This document shows, piece after piece, positions 40,404 through 50,870 of a stretch of 64,000 nucleotides of DNA. Source of the stretch: Nitrospinaceae bacterium (GTDB lineage: Bacteria > Nitrospinota > Nitrospinia > Nitrospinales > Nitrospinaceae). Each line of letters starts with the position of its first letter. Within the stretch, counting starts at the first letter, position 1. Made by a program: the position numbers and the translations under genes. The DNA lies in contig OZ245011.1 of the NCBI GenBank assembly GCA_965223665.1, positions 704,001 through 768,000 on the forward strand. The letters run 5' to 3'. The notes below the pieces were generated by a model that saw only the letters and a program-made list of their open reading frames with translations, was not told the DNA's origin and did no database searches.

Positions 40404-40868
40404 TCAGCCTTCTCTTTTATTTTTTAAAACATCTTTTAATTCTGCCATAAATTCATTTACGTCTTTGAATTCTCTATATACAGAAGCAAATCGGACGTAA
40501 GCAACTCCATCCAATTTATATAATTCTTTTACAACTTTTTCACCTACCGTAACAGCAGAAATCTCCTTTTCACCGGAGTCTTGAAAAAACTTTTCTATTT
40601 TGTCGACCAAAGCTTCCATTTGCTCTAAACTTACAGGTCTTTTTTGACAAGCCTTTTGAACACCATCTAAAATTTTTCCTCGATCAAATTCTTCCCGCCG
40701 ACCATCTTTTTTTACAATTAAGATTGGCGTCTTTTCAATTCTCTCGTAAGTGGTGAATCGCTCTCCACAACTTAAACACTCTCGTCGCCGACGAGTCATA
40801 TCCCCTTCTCGATTGGTTCGAGAATCAATTACCTTATTTTCCATATTGGAACATTGAGGACATTTCAT
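40404..40868 (-). CDS. nrdR: Transcriptional repressor NrdR
   Basis: [29 protein letters not shown]. Confidence 0.97.
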   Translation of the reverse strand: MKCPQCSNMENKVIDSRTNREGDMTRRRRECLSCGERFTTYERIEKTPILIVKKDGRREEFDRGKILDGVQKACQKRPVSLEQMEALVDKIEKFFQDSGEKEISAVTVGEKVVKELYKLDGVAYVRFASVYREFKDVNEFMAELKDVLKNKREG

Positions 40869-40877
40869 ATAAAGCGC

Positions 40878-42131
40878 CTAGGATTTACCAGTTAATTCTT
40901 CATGAAGGGGAAACTGCTGACAAAGTTCCTTAACTTTATTTCTGGTATCAACAATAAGTTTATCGTTTCCTAAATTATTTAATATATCGACCATCATTCC
41001 ACCAATAATTTTCATTTCATTTTCTTTCATTCCGCGAGTCGTCAATGCTGGAGAGCCTACTCGAATGCCTGAAGTGACAAATGGACTGCGGGTTTCAAAG
41101 GGAACTGTATTTTTGTTCACGGTAATTCCCGCTAAATCTAATGACTCTTCAGCTTGTTTTCCTGTTATATCTTGAGGAGTTAGATCTACTAAAATTAGAT
41201 GGGTATCCGTTCCTCCGCTAACAATTTTAAATCCCTTTTCCATTAAAAAATTTCCCAAACTTTGTGCATTTTTCACCACCTGCTTTTGGTAATCAACAAA
41301 CTCTTCAGACATAGCCTCTTTAAACGCTACAGCTTTTGCAGCAATAACGTGCATTAAGGGTCCTCCCTGTATACCTGGAAATATTTTCTTATTTACTTCC
41401 TTAGCATATTCTTGTTTACATAAAATCATTCCCCCTCGTGGACCCCTTAAGGTTTTATGGGTGGTGGTGGTGACAAACTCTGAATATGGAACAGGGGAAG
41501 GGTAAATTTTTGCAGCTACTAATCCCGCGGGATGAGCAATATCCGTTAATATTTTTGCCCCTACTCCATCAGCTATAGCACGAAAACGAGGTGCGTCAAT
41601 AATTCTTGGGTAAGCACTTGCACCTACAACTATTAACCTGGGTTTATGTTCTTTGGCTAAACGCTCGACTTCTTCGTAATCAATTAGTTCAGTTTCTTTA
41701 TTTAAACCATATTGAAATACCTTGTATGTATACCCTGAAAAATTAACCGGGGATCCATGAGTTAAATGACCTCCATGGGAAAGATTCATCCCTAAAATTG
41801 TATCACCCGGATTTAATACTGCATGGTAGACTGCCATATTAGCTTGCGACCCTGAATGGGGTTGAACATTGGCATGGTCTGCCCCAAAAATTTCTTTAGC
41901 TCGGTCAATGGCTAATTGCTCGGCAATGTCTACATATTTGCACCCGCCGTAATATCTTTTATTAGGATAACCTTCTGCATATTTATTTGTCATAACAGAG
42001 CCCAAGGCCTCTAAAACTTGAGGGCTCACAAAGTTTTCTGATGCAATCATTTCCAATGTAAAATTTTCACGCTCAATTTCACCTTGGATCGCATTAGAAA
42101 TGTCAGGATCAAAATCGGATAAAATAGACAA
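40878..42131 (-). CDS. glyA: Serine hydroxymethyltransferase
   Basis: [33 protein letters not shown]. Confidence 0.97.
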   Translation of the reverse strand: MSILSDFDPDISNAIQGEIERENFTLEMIASENFVSPQVLEALGSVMTNKYAEGYPNKRYYGGCKYVDIAEQLAIDRAKEIFGADHANVQPHSGSQANMAVYHAVLNPGDTILGMNLSHGGHLTHGSPVNFSGYTYKVFQYGLNKETELIDYEEVERLAKEHKPRLIVVGASAYPRIIDAPRFRAIADGVGAKILTDIAHPAGLVAAKIYPSPVPYSEFVTTTTHKTLRGPRGGMILCKQEYAKEVNKKIFPGIQGGPLMHVIAAKAVAFKEAMSEEFVDYQKQVVKNAQSLGNFLMEKGFKIVSGGTDTHLILVDLTPQDITGKQAEESLDLAGITVNKNTVPFETRSPFVTSGIRVGSPALTTRGMKENEMKIIGGMMVDILNNLGNDKLIVDTRNKVKELCQQFPLHEELTGKS

Positions 42132-42132
42132 G

Positions 42133-42612
42133 TTACAATTCTCCTTTTTTTAACATGTTTTCTATATGATCAATTTTTTCTAAACGACGAGAATGTCGGC
42201 CCCCTTCAAAGGGGGTTTTTAACCAGGTATTAACAATTTCATAGGCTAATCCTTTTCCCACAACACGGCCTCCAAGTATGAGAACATTAGAATCATTATG
42301 CTGTCTGCAAAGCTTTGCAGTGTATACATCTGAGCAAAGAGTACCACGTACTTTTGGAAACCGGTTTACTACAATGGACATTCCTATTCCCGTCCCACAA
42401 ATTACAATACCATTTAATTTTTCATCGATTGAAACCGCTTGGGCAAGCTTTATCCCATAATCTGGATAGTCCACAGAGTCTGTAGAATGAGGTCCTAAAT
42501 CTTCAATTCCTATTCCCTCTTCCATTAAACATTTTTTTAAGGATTCTTTTAATTCAAAGCCAGCATGGTCCGAGGCAATAACAATTTTTTGAATGTTTAT
42601 ATCTCTGTTCAT
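42133..42612 (-). CDS. rpiB: Ribose-5-phosphate isomerase B
   Basis: ASDHAG, SVDYPD, CGTGIG, HNDSN, FEGGRH. Confidence 0.95.
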   Translation of the reverse strand: MNRDINIQKIVIASDHAGFELKESLKKCLMEEGIGIEDLGPHSTDSVDYPDYGIKLAQAVSIDEKLNGIVICGTGIGMSIVVNRFPKVRGTLCSDVYTAKLCRQHNDSNVLILGGRVVGKGLAYEIVNTWLKTPFEGGRHSRRLEKIDHIENMLKKGEL

Positions 42613-42896
42613 AATCTATATTTAAAAAAGTTTTTTCTATTGATTAATTATATGTAAGGAAAGAAGTGAAGCAAATCGGAGTGGAAATACATTAAAAGAT
42701 GGGAAGTTACTCTAATGAACCCCACTAAAATGACCTAAATACTAATAGGTTTACTCCTTAAAGGATAGTAAAAAATTAACAAAATGTTGTCAACCTGATT
42801 AGTAATAATGAACCAATTTATAATGAAATACCTTCAATAATTTGATCTCTGGCAACGAAAGCCCTAAAATATTATTAATAAATAGGAAACCTGATT

Positions 42897-43112
42897 ATGT
42901 GGAAAAATATATTTATTGAAGCTTGTATAATTTCTCTTCTTGTATTTGGTGGATTTTATATAAATGCTAACTATTTAAAAGAGAAATTAGTACCAACAAA
43001 TGGGCCTTCAACTACCATTCCCCCAACCCATATTAGTGGACAAATTCAACCGCAAAAAAATATAGCATTACCCATTCAACATGTAAGTGGTAATCCAACC
43101 GCAAAAAAGTAA
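42897..43112 (+). CDS. Small membrane-anchored hypothetical protein
   Basis: N-terminal hydrophobic helix, AGGA RBS. Confidence 0.5.
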   Translation: MWKNIFIEACIISLLVFGGFYINANYLKEKLVPTNGPSTTIPPTHISGQIQPQKNIALPIQHVSGNPTAKK

Positions 43113-43145
43113 TTCAATCCAGACAGACCCATAAACTAAAAAAAT

Positions 43146-44042
43146 TTAATCTATTTTTCTGATTTGGCATTTAAATGTCTTTTTATTAGTCCAAATTACC
43201 TCAATCTCATAGGGTAGTTTTGTATTTTTATCTATCTTTGAACCATTTATTTGTTCGGGAGTTAAGTTATTTACTTTTTCAAAATTAGCAGAACGCAAAT
43301 CTGCTCCCTTAAAGTTAACATTTTTCACATCTGCGTCAGTAAAATCGGCTTTTTTTAGATCTGCATTGGTGAAATTACAGCCACCCATTTCCACACTTAC
43401 AAACAAACATTCGCTTGCATTGGATCCTGAGAAATTGGCATTCTCCATTTCAGAAACACTAAAGTCCGATTGACCTAATTGCGTATTGGCGAAATTTGCT
43501 TTTTCCATTTCTCCTTCTCGAAAATCTACTCTAATAAATTTGGAGAAACTCAAGTTTGTATTTTCCAACTTACTATTTCGAAAGTTAGCCCCGGTAAAAT
43601 CAGATTTTATTAACTGCGCATTAGATAAATCAGAACCAGGCAAATCTACCTTAGAAAAATCTGAACGGTTAATTAAGGCCTCTTTTAAATTCACCCATTT
43701 AAATTTTGATTCATTGGCTTTTGCCCCACTGAGATCTACTTTTTCCAGATTTGCTTCATTAAAAACAGCTTGTGTTAAATGCCCACCATTAAGGTTTGCA
43801 TTATTTAAATCTGCATTTACAAAATTAGCTCCCATTAAATCTGCTCGTCTAAGATCAGCATTAGATAAATCTGAGTCTCGAAAATCGGCTCTGGGTAAAT
43901 TTGCTTCATTCAAATTAATCCCAGGAATTTTAATTCCTACAAAATCGGCATTCATTAAATCATGTTTATTTAATTCAATTTTTTTACGCAAATCATCTTC
44001 AGATAAATTTTCCGAACGCCAATCAAAACCCTTTTGCATCAT
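43146..44042 (-). CDS. Pentapeptide repeat protein
   Basis: Continuous A(D/N)L/F-xx repeats; AGGAGG RBS. Confidence 0.92.
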   Translation of the reverse strand: MMQKGFDWRSENLSEDDLRKKIELNKHDLMNADFVGIKIPGINLNEANLPRADFRDSDLSNADLRRADLMGANFVNADLNNANLNGGHLTQAVFNEANLEKVDLSGAKANESKFKWVNLKEALINRSDFSKVDLPGSDLSNAQLIKSDFTGANFRNSKLENTNLSFSKFIRVDFREGEMEKANFANTQLGQSDFSVSEMENANFSGSNASECLFVSVEMGGCNFTNADLKKADFTDADVKNVNFKGADLRSANFEKVNNLTPEQINGSKIDKNTKLPYEIEVIWTNKKTFKCQIRKID

Positions 44043-44131
44043 ACCTCCTTTTCATACCACTCGCTTTAAAAACGGATTATGTTAGCATGAACAGGAAATT
44101 TCGCTATTTTTAAATTTGTAATTATCTTAAA

Positions 44132-44833
44132 TTGTTTAAAATGATATCGAAAATTCACAATTCTGATCAATGGCCCGTAAAAATCCCCCTTCTCACCATA
44201 ACTATTTATTTAACAATAGTTATTTCATCAATTATTTTCCTTAATCCGCAAGTCCAAGAATGGAATCCCTTTTTATTTAATGGATATATAATTTTAGTGT
44301 TAATATTTTTTTCTTTAGCAAAAAAAATAAAAATAGAACAATTAGGATGGAACCCCCAATTTATAACCAATCACAGTATGTTGGGATTAGTATCTGGCTC
44401 TTTCATTATTGCCGCTATTCCAATATTAAATAAATTTATTGAAGTTACAGGCTTGGAAAATACCGATCTATTTTTGGGAGCTAATCTTAGGTCTGAAGGA
44501 TTAGTTTCTGGGACATGGACTTTGTCAATATTGTGGTCAGTAATATGGGTTCCATTTATTGAACAAACATTCTTTTCAGGATTCGTACTAAATTCTTTTC
44601 TAAAAAAATTTAAACCCTCTTTAGCAATTTACTTTACCGCTATAATTTTTGTCTTAGTCCATTTGGATTTTCGATTGGGGATGTTTATTTTGGGTTTAAT
44701 TAATTCGGTGTTTTATTATTTAACGGGAAGTGTATATGCTTCATTACTTTTTCACATGGCCAGCCAAATAGGTGGATTATTGTTGGTCCACTTTTACCCA
44801 AGTGTTATTACCCTTTTAAGTTTCTTATTTTAA
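44132..44833 (+). CDS. CPBP/Abi-family intramembrane metalloprotease-like protein (degenerate motifs)
   Basis: PFIEQTFFSG, FVLVH, FHMASQ. Confidence 0.7.
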   Translation: MFKMISKIHNSDQWPVKIPLLTITIYLTIVISSIIFLNPQVQEWNPFLFNGYIILVLIFFSLAKKIKIEQLGWNPQFITNHSMLGLVSGSFIIAAIPILNKFIEVTGLENTDLFLGANLRSEGLVSGTWTLSILWSVIWVPFIEQTFFSGFVLNSFLKKFKPSLAIYFTAIIFVLVHLDFRLGMFILGLINSVFYYLTGSVYASLLFHMASQIGGLLLVHFYPSVITLLSFLF

Positions 44834-44835
44834 AG

Positions 44836-45702
44836 TTACCCGGCTTTTTTTTGAGGACTTTTCTTTATTGATTTTCTAATGGTTTTTCTGCCCATTTTAG
44901 CTGCCGCTGCAGCTTCTTTTTTGGCTTTGCGCATTTCACGTTGCAATTGTAGCTGCTTGAGTACTTCTTCCCTTTGTTTGGGATCTTCAAAAAAAGCAGA
45001 GACTAAAACTCCAAACTCATAAAGACCGTATAATGGTAGGCCTAAAAGGACTTGGGTGATTATATCTGGAGGAGTTAAAACTGCAGCTAAAGCAAATGAG
45101 CCCAAGAAAGCCCATTTTCGATACAGTCTCATTTTAATTGTATTGATTGCCCCAAACTTAGTCAGCAAAACCATTATCAAGGGAGTTTGAAACGCAAAGG
45201 CAAACGCCAATATTAATTTAACTACAAAAGAAAAATAAAGACCAATGGTCACTAACATTTCATACCAATCAGCTCCGTAGTTAAATAAGAACTTAAGACC
45301 AAGCGGAAGGACCAGGAAATAACAAAAGGAACCACCGAATAAAAAGAATAAAGTCCCAAAGGTTACAAACATAAGGGTAATTTTTTTCTCTTTGACCTTG
45401 AGACCCGGAGAAACGAAAAACCAAAAATGGTAAAGTATTAATGGCATCGTAATGAATAAAGATGCCATAAAAGATACTTTCATATGCGCAAAAAAAGGCT
45501 CGGTAGGGGAAATAAAGGTAAGAGAATCTTTCCAAACTGGCGGCATCGGACGTTCCAAAAACTTCAACAAGAACTCGATGAAATAGAAACAAATACCAAA
45601 AACAACCAGGACCACTATTGCAACTTGAATAAAGCGATCCTTAAGTTCTTTTAAATGGGAGGATATAGGAATTTTGTCTGTAAAACCTACTGTTTTGGCC
45701 AT
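44836..45702 (-). CDS. tatC: Twin-arginine translocase TatC
   Basis: HLKELKDR, SPTEPF, FVSPGL, FQTP, LTPPD. Confidence 0.95.
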   Translation of the reverse strand: MAKTVGFTDKIPISSHLKELKDRFIQVAIVVLVVFGICFYFIEFLLKFLERPMPPVWKDSLTFISPTEPFFAHMKVSFMASLFITMPLILYHFWFFVSPGLKVKEKKITLMFVTFGTLFFLFGGSFCYFLVLPLGLKFLFNYGADWYEMLVTIGLYFSFVVKLILAFAFAFQTPLIMVLLTKFGAINTIKMRLYRKWAFLGSFALAAVLTPPDIITQVLLGLPLYGLYEFGVLVSAFFEDPKQREEVLKQLQLQREMRKAKKEAAAAAKMGRKTIRKSIKKSPQKKAG

Positions 45703-46064
45703 TTTAAAATTATGTAAAAACTGAAGATTAGTTCATAAAATGATCGCCCGGAAAAGAAAGGTCAATTTCAAATTTCTTAATAAACCCTCCGGGCGCTAAC
45801 TAATCAAGTATTAATAGTATCAATAACTTTTCCATTCTTTTTGGACTCATATTACTTAAAGCTCTAAATAATTACAATAATGTTTTGACATAAATAAAAA
45901 GTTATGAATAAAACCCTGCGAAACATTATTTGATAACATCTTGAAAATATTGGATAATGCTTGCAAGTAATAGGATGCTGGTTTCCATTCCTTAAATTCC
46001 AATTACCAATATTGATAAATAAAACTATTAAAATCAATGAATTATATGCAAGCAACCGTTAACT

Positions 46065-46250
46065 ATGAGTCTTAACGGAAAAAGGGTTGAGGGGGTCAAA
46101 GTCCTCAATATCAATGAAGAAAGTGCCCAGGCCATCGAAAAAATGGTGGCAAAAGCTATTGAGGAAATTCGAGACCAAGGTCTGGATATTATAGATATCC
46201 AGTCTTCTTCAGATTATCTAATTTTGGTATTAAGTAAAAAAAGCCCGTGA
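46065..46250 (+). CDS. Small hypothetical protein
   Basis: 61-aa ORF with protein-like composition. Confidence 0.55.
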   Translation: MSLNGKRVEGVKVLNINEESAQAIEKMVAKAIEEIRDQGLDIIDIQSSSDYLILVLSKKSP

Positions 46251-46252
46251 AT

Positions 46253-46325
46253 GTTAAAGGATCTCGGTTGGCAGACTGCTAGCTTCCCAAGCTAAATTTA
46301 GTGGGTTTAACCCATCCCCCATTCT
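46253..46325 (+). pseudogene. Degenerate tRNA-Gly(CCC) remnant
   Basis: D-arm-like TCTCGGTTGGCAGA, anticodon arm TAGC-TTCCCAA-GCTA, T-arm GTGGG-TTTAA-CCCAT; acceptor stem broken and no canonically placed CCA. Confidence 0.6.
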
Positions 46326-46345
46326 TTAACTAAGCGAATTTAACT

Positions 46346-46627
46346 ATGAGATTGCAAAAAGAATTAGTTGAAAAAATTTCCACAAAAATTACCCAGGCAT
46401 TAATTGATGGTGATTTCCTGATTTGGGAAGATCGGCCCGAAAAATTACAGGCCATCGTTAATAATATAATTACAGAAGATTTAATGATTGAAGACCGTCT
46501 TAACGAAGAAGTAAAAATGCTTTTAGAATCTCGAACCAAAGAATATGAGCGCGATATGATGGACTATGGACGAGTATTTCAAATGATCAAGTCTAAATTA
46601 GTTCGGGAACGTGGATTGATACTTTAA
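46346..46627 (+). CDS. DUF507 family protein
   Basis: MRL...EDRLNEEV...F.MIKSKLVRERG. Confidence 0.82.
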   Translation: MRLQKELVEKISTKITQALIDGDFLIWEDRPEKLQAIVNNIITEDLMIEDRLNEEVKMLLESRTKEYERDMMDYGRVFQMIKSKLVRERGLIL

Positions 46628-46644
46628 CTTTCAAAACATTTTTT

Positions 46645-46923
46645 ATGAAAATAAGTCGAGAAAAAATTAATCACATTAGTAAGCTAATTATTAAAGATTT
46701 TGAAAATCGAGAAGAATTAGATTACAAGGTGGACTTAAACGATATTAGATTAGAAATTGCCCGAGTAATGACTGATATTTTGAAAATTGATGACAGAGCG
46801 GATGCCGAAGCTCGAAAGACTCTTGCTTCTTACTCGACAAAAAATATTCGTGAAGGTACTGACGAATGGGATATTCTTTACCAGAAACATTATGAGGAGC
46901 AATTAAAGAAACTCGGCGGTTAG
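46645..46923 (+). CDS. DUF507 family protein (paralog)
   Basis: MKISREKINHIS...EGTDEWDILYQKHYEE. Confidence 0.82.
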   Translation: MKISREKINHISKLIIKDFENREELDYKVDLNDIRLEIARVMTDILKIDDRADAEARKTLASYSTKNIREGTDEWDILYQKHYEEQLKKLGG

Positions 46924-46926
46924 GTT

Positions 46927-47610
46927 TTGGAAATTAATTCATTTTTCTATAAACCAAAATTTATCATCCTTTCATTCATTATTTTTTCTGTTAACTTTAA
47001 TCAACTTTTATTAAATCCCCCTTCCCTGTTGGCCCAGTCGAAAGTAAATCAATTTGTTCTTATCCCTTCAGGAAAATTTATTTCGGGCCCTCCCAACAAC
47101 CAAAAAGAAAAATTTGTGGATTCTTTCTATATTGATGCTACTGAGGTCCCACAAACGTTATTTAAAAAAGTAATGGGCTATTCTCGATCTTTTTTTAAGA
47201 ATCCAATGAATCCTATAGAAAAAATCGATTGGTACGAGGCAAAGGAATACTGTGAAAAAATAGGTAAACGTTTACCAACTGAATGGGAATGGGAAAAAGC
47301 AGTAAAGGCAGGTAGCATTACTCATTATTTCTGGGGAGATGAATGGGATCCGAACTATGCATGGAGTAAATCCAATGCAAATAAAAAAACGCATAAGGTT
47401 GGAAGCAAAAAACCTAATGCACTAGGCCTTTATGACATGGCTGGTAATGTGTGGGAATGGACTTCAAGTGATCATGAAAACGGCGGAAAAGTTTTAAGAG
47501 GGGGATCCTGGAGAAACTCACCTAGAATGTTACGCTCCTATATGCGGATAAACTCCCTCCCTCACTTTTTTTATCATTACGTTGGATTTAGATGTGCGAA
47601 AAGTAAATAA
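46927..47610 (+). CDS. FGE-sulfatase (SUMF1/EgtB/PvdO) domain secreted protein
   Basis: RLPTEWEWE, NALGLYDMAGNVWEW, RGGSW, GFRC. Confidence 0.9.
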   Translation: MEINSFFYKPKFIILSFIIFSVNFNQLLLNPPSLLAQSKVNQFVLIPSGKFISGPPNNQKEKFVDSFYIDATEVPQTLFKKVMGYSRSFFKNPMNPIEKIDWYEAKEYCEKIGKRLPTEWEWEKAVKAGSITHYFWGDEWDPNYAWSKSNANKKTHKVGSKKPNALGLYDMAGNVWEWTSSDHENGGKVLRGGSWRNSPRMLRSYMRINSLPHFFYHYVGFRCAKSK

Positions 47611-47629
47611 TTTGTACGTCAACTAGATT

Positions 47630-48802
47630 TTATTCTTTTAATATTTTGCCTTCCAAAAATTTATAAATTGTTTTAATGGGAATATTGTTCTTCTTAGCCA
47701 TTTGTAAACATGATTTATATTCGGGAGAGGATTGAATAATTTCACCATCCAGCTTTCCTATTTTTATTTTTGCGGTTCCCCAGGGAGTTTTAACATCAAC
47801 TATTTCCCTATCTAAAATCATGCGATCCATCTCTATAGTCCGAATTCCAAATGTCGTGGTTTGATTTAAAATAATTTGTGATAACACATCTAACTTATGA
47901 ATAGGACACAACACAGAAAGTTTAATACCCGGCCGATTCTTCTTCATAAAAATAGAACTGTAATAAACGTCTACTGCTCCCGCCTTAAAAAGGTTCTCCA
48001 TTATTTGTTCAAAAAACTCAGGGTTCATATCATCAATATTAGTTTCTATTAAAGTAATTTTTTCCAACGCCGGACGATCACTTTTCCCAAAAATAATTCG
48101 CAAAAGATTGGGCTGTTCTTTGACAATATGGTCTCCACCACCATATCCAGATTTAATAATGGTCATTAAGGGCATGGATCCAAATTTTTTTGCAAAATGG
48201 TGAATCATTGCAGCCCCTGTAGGAGTGGTAAGTTCTTTTTTGACACCACTAGAAAAACAGGGAATTCCCTCTAAAAGTTTTATAGTTGCAGGTGCTGGGA
48301 CAGGCAAGATTCCATGCTCGCAATTCACGGTTCCCTCACCGGTATTGAGAGCTGACGATATAACTTCATCGACTCCCAGTAAATAAATTCCATAAACTCC
48401 ACCCACCACATCAATAATTGAATCTATAGCCCCTACTTCATGAAAATGAACCTTATTCAATGTGGTTTTATGGACCTTTGCCTCAGCATTCCCCAGAAGC
48501 CTAAAAATTTCAATTGAATTTTCTTTGACCTCATTAGGGAGTTTGGATTTTTTAATAAGGTTTTCTATATCTTTAAAATTACGAGATTTTTGAGGCCCTT
48601 TGGTTTTATTCAATACAATATTGATTTTAGACCCTGAAATTCCTCCCCTTTTAATTCCCTTAGATTTTATCTGGTAGCCAGGTAGGTTAAGTGTGGAAAG
48701 TCCTTTGCGAATATCTTTAAGTGGGATGCCCAGATCTATTAATGCACCCAAAATCATATCTCCGCTGATTCCGGATTGGCAATCAAAATAGGCTATTTTC
48801 AT
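47630..48802 (-). CDS. larC: Nickel-pincer cofactor biosynthesis protein LarC
   Basis: SGISGDMILGA, HFHEVGAIDS, HGILPVPAPAT, ETNIDD, MKKNRPG, TTTFGIR. Confidence 0.93.
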   Translation of the reverse strand: MKIAYFDCQSGISGDMILGALIDLGIPLKDIRKGLSTLNLPGYQIKSKGIKRGGISGSKINIVLNKTKGPQKSRNFKDIENLIKKSKLPNEVKENSIEIFRLLGNAEAKVHKTTLNKVHFHEVGAIDSIIDVVGGVYGIYLLGVDEVISSALNTGEGTVNCEHGILPVPAPATIKLLEGIPCFSSGVKKELTTPTGAAMIHHFAKKFGSMPLMTIIKSGYGGGDHIVKEQPNLLRIIFGKSDRPALEKITLIETNIDDMNPEFFEQIMENLFKAGAVDVYYSSIFMKKNRPGIKLSVLCPIHKLDVLSQIILNQTTTFGIRTIEMDRMILDREIVDVKTPWGTAKIKIGKLDGEIIQSSPEYKSCLQMAKKNNIPIKTIYKFLEGKILKE

Positions 48803-48835
48803 AGAATTTTAATTGATGAGAAAGGAATATTAAAA

Positions 48836-49114
48836 CTAATATTTTGAGAATAGCTTACTAAAAAAACCCCTTTTATTCACCTTTCCATTCCCATTGGTCG
48901 GTTCCTTGTTAAGAATTTCTTTTTTATTGTGTTGGTCTAGAAAAAGTTGAATTAATAAATGGCAGGATTGGCACCCACCGCCAGCTCCGCACGCATCAGT
49001 AACATCCTCTATGGATTTCAAATCCTGAGATTGAATACAAGCTTTAATGGTGGTATCCGTTACTTGGAAGCACTGGCAAATGACCTCAGCTTCCTGGATT
49101 TTAAGATCACTCAT
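48836..49114 (-). CDS. BFD-like [2Fe-2S]-binding protein
   Basis: ICQCFQV...AGGGCQSC. Confidence 0.85.
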   Translation of the reverse strand: MSDLKIQEAEVICQCFQVTDTTIKACIQSQDLKSIEDVTDACGAGGGCQSCHLLIQLFLDQHNKKEILNKEPTNGNGKVNKRGFFSKLFSKY

Positions 49115-49239
49115 CTATATTTTTTCATCGATATTGATAATTGTTCTCATTTTAAGAATTTATATAGCCCTTTGTCAATAAAGGTTTTATTTTCAAATGA
49201 CGATAAAAATTAAAACATTAATTTAATTGGACCTAACAA

Positions 49240-50709
49240 GTGAATTTTGAATATTTAATGGATTGTGTTTTAACAGATAATATTGATGAAGCCTCAAATA
49301 TTTTTAATATTCTCCCCAACAAACCGAAATATATTGGAAATTTACTAACATTAGCCAAGAATTCATCCCCACCACTTATACAATTTAAATCAGATTCTCC
49401 GGAAGTCGTGGTTGTTCAACCCTCGCATACTTGCAATGTAGGTTGTGAAATGTGTTCCGAGGGATACGATAAAGTTACTCAAAAATATAACGATTATCTC
49501 TATCTTCTTCCCTATCAATTTGAATCTATTTTCCCTTGGCTAAAAAACTCAAAAAGTGTCCAATTTGTAGGAACTGGAGAAACATTAGAATCTCCATATC
49601 TCTCAGAATATATCGAAAAAATAGATGAAAAAGTGTCCATGGTAATTACAAGTGGAGTTCCATTGAACCAAAAAAAAACTATTGAATTAATCCGTAGTAA
49701 TTTAAAAATATTAAATTTTTCCTTTGAGGGAAAAACGAGCACCGGACATGGAGGAGATAAGGACTCTTATATAAATAAATTCTGGTCGAAAATAAAAATG
49801 GTTCAGGAAATAAAAAATTCTCTAGATTCTTTTATTCCAGCAATCCATCTAACCATTACAGTAAATAATGAAAACATAGATCAACTGGATGAAATATTTA
49901 ATAGGGCAATGAATCTAGGAGTAAAAGAAATATTTTTATTACCCATGCTTCTAGCAAACAAAAGTCTTAAAGAAAAATCTATATTCAACAATTTTAAAGA
50001 ATCTATCCAAAAACTAATCGATCTTCGTTCTCGGTGGGAAAATCAAAAATTAGAAATTCAATTTCTAGCATTGGACAAAGAAGTGGGCAAACTAGATGTT
50101 TGTCCATTTGTAGATAATTTTATTATGTTCAATGGTAAGGATTCCAATCCAAGATTATGTTGTGGTGACCTGTCAGTGCCTTTGAAGTACGGAAACATTC
50201 CTCCTGAAACCTATTGGAATTCATTTCCCCTACGCTACTTCAAATTTCTACATTTAGCTAAAGAATCAAGAGCGGTACCTGCAAATTGTGAAAATTGTTG
50301 GGCAATGAATTTAAAGCAATATTCTGATTCAAAAAGTAAAACAGATTCTACCGGTTCTCATTTTTTTGAATTGTATCAAAGAGCATCATCTTTAAAAGAA
50401 GAAGGAAGTTTGCAAGAAGCTAAAGATTTATTTGAAAAAAATTTAAGTAATATAGCTAATTCCGATTTAAAGGGAAAAGTTTATTTTCATTTAGGAGAAA
50501 TATATATAGCGTGGAATAATTTTTCTGATGCCCTGGCGTGTATGGAATTAGCAGTCCAAAATTGCTTTGCTCATCGGAAAGCATACACCTACCTCAGTTT
50601 GCTCTATAGAATATTAGGAGACCCAAAAGTAGGTAATATAAAACTTAAGTATTCCTGTGAATTTGACAAAAAATTTTTGAAATTTGATAAACCAAAATCT
50701 CTAGCTTAA
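49240..50709 (+). CDS. Radical SAM protein with SPASM/twitch-like Cys and C-terminal TPR
   Basis: CNVGCEMC, GTGE, CPF...LCC...CENC, TPR-like YFHLGEIY helices. Confidence 0.8.
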   Translation: MNFEYLMDCVLTDNIDEASNIFNILPNKPKYIGNLLTLAKNSSPPLIQFKSDSPEVVVVQPSHTCNVGCEMCSEGYDKVTQKYNDYLYLLPYQFESIFPWLKNSKSVQFVGTGETLESPYLSEYIEKIDEKVSMVITSGVPLNQKKTIELIRSNLKILNFSFEGKTSTGHGGDKDSYINKFWSKIKMVQEIKNSLDSFIPAIHLTITVNNENIDQLDEIFNRAMNLGVKEIFLLPMLLANKSLKEKSIFNNFKESIQKLIDLRSRWENQKLEIQFLALDKEVGKLDVCPFVDNFIMFNGKDSNPRLCCGDLSVPLKYGNIPPETYWNSFPLRYFKFLHLAKESRAVPANCENCWAMNLKQYSDSKSKTDSTGSHFFELYQRASSLKEEGSLQEAKDLFEKNLSNIANSDLKGKVYFHLGEIYIAWNNFSDALACMELAVQNCFAHRKAYTYLSLLYRILGDPKVGNIKLKYSCEFDKKFLKFDKPKSLA

Positions 50710-50870
50710 AAATCATTTGCCAATAAAAATAATTCGGTCTCAGGAGTATCCTATTGCCATTTTTAATCAACTTTATTTTTCCACTAACCATTTATAAAAT
50801 AGTTATGAAAATTTACTTAAATGAAAAGGCCTTTTGGTGTTATCCAAAAACTCAGTTTTGCCACACCCAC

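Noticed and set aside
42612-42897. Possible ZTP or other riboswitch upstream of rpiB-glyA
   Set aside because: No recognisable aptamer consensus on the minus strand
43486-44085. 199-aa plus-strand ORF
   Set aside because: Antisense shadow of the pentapeptide repeat gene
47630-48802. Programmed frameshift as in some larC genes
   Set aside because: ORF is continuous and contains both halves
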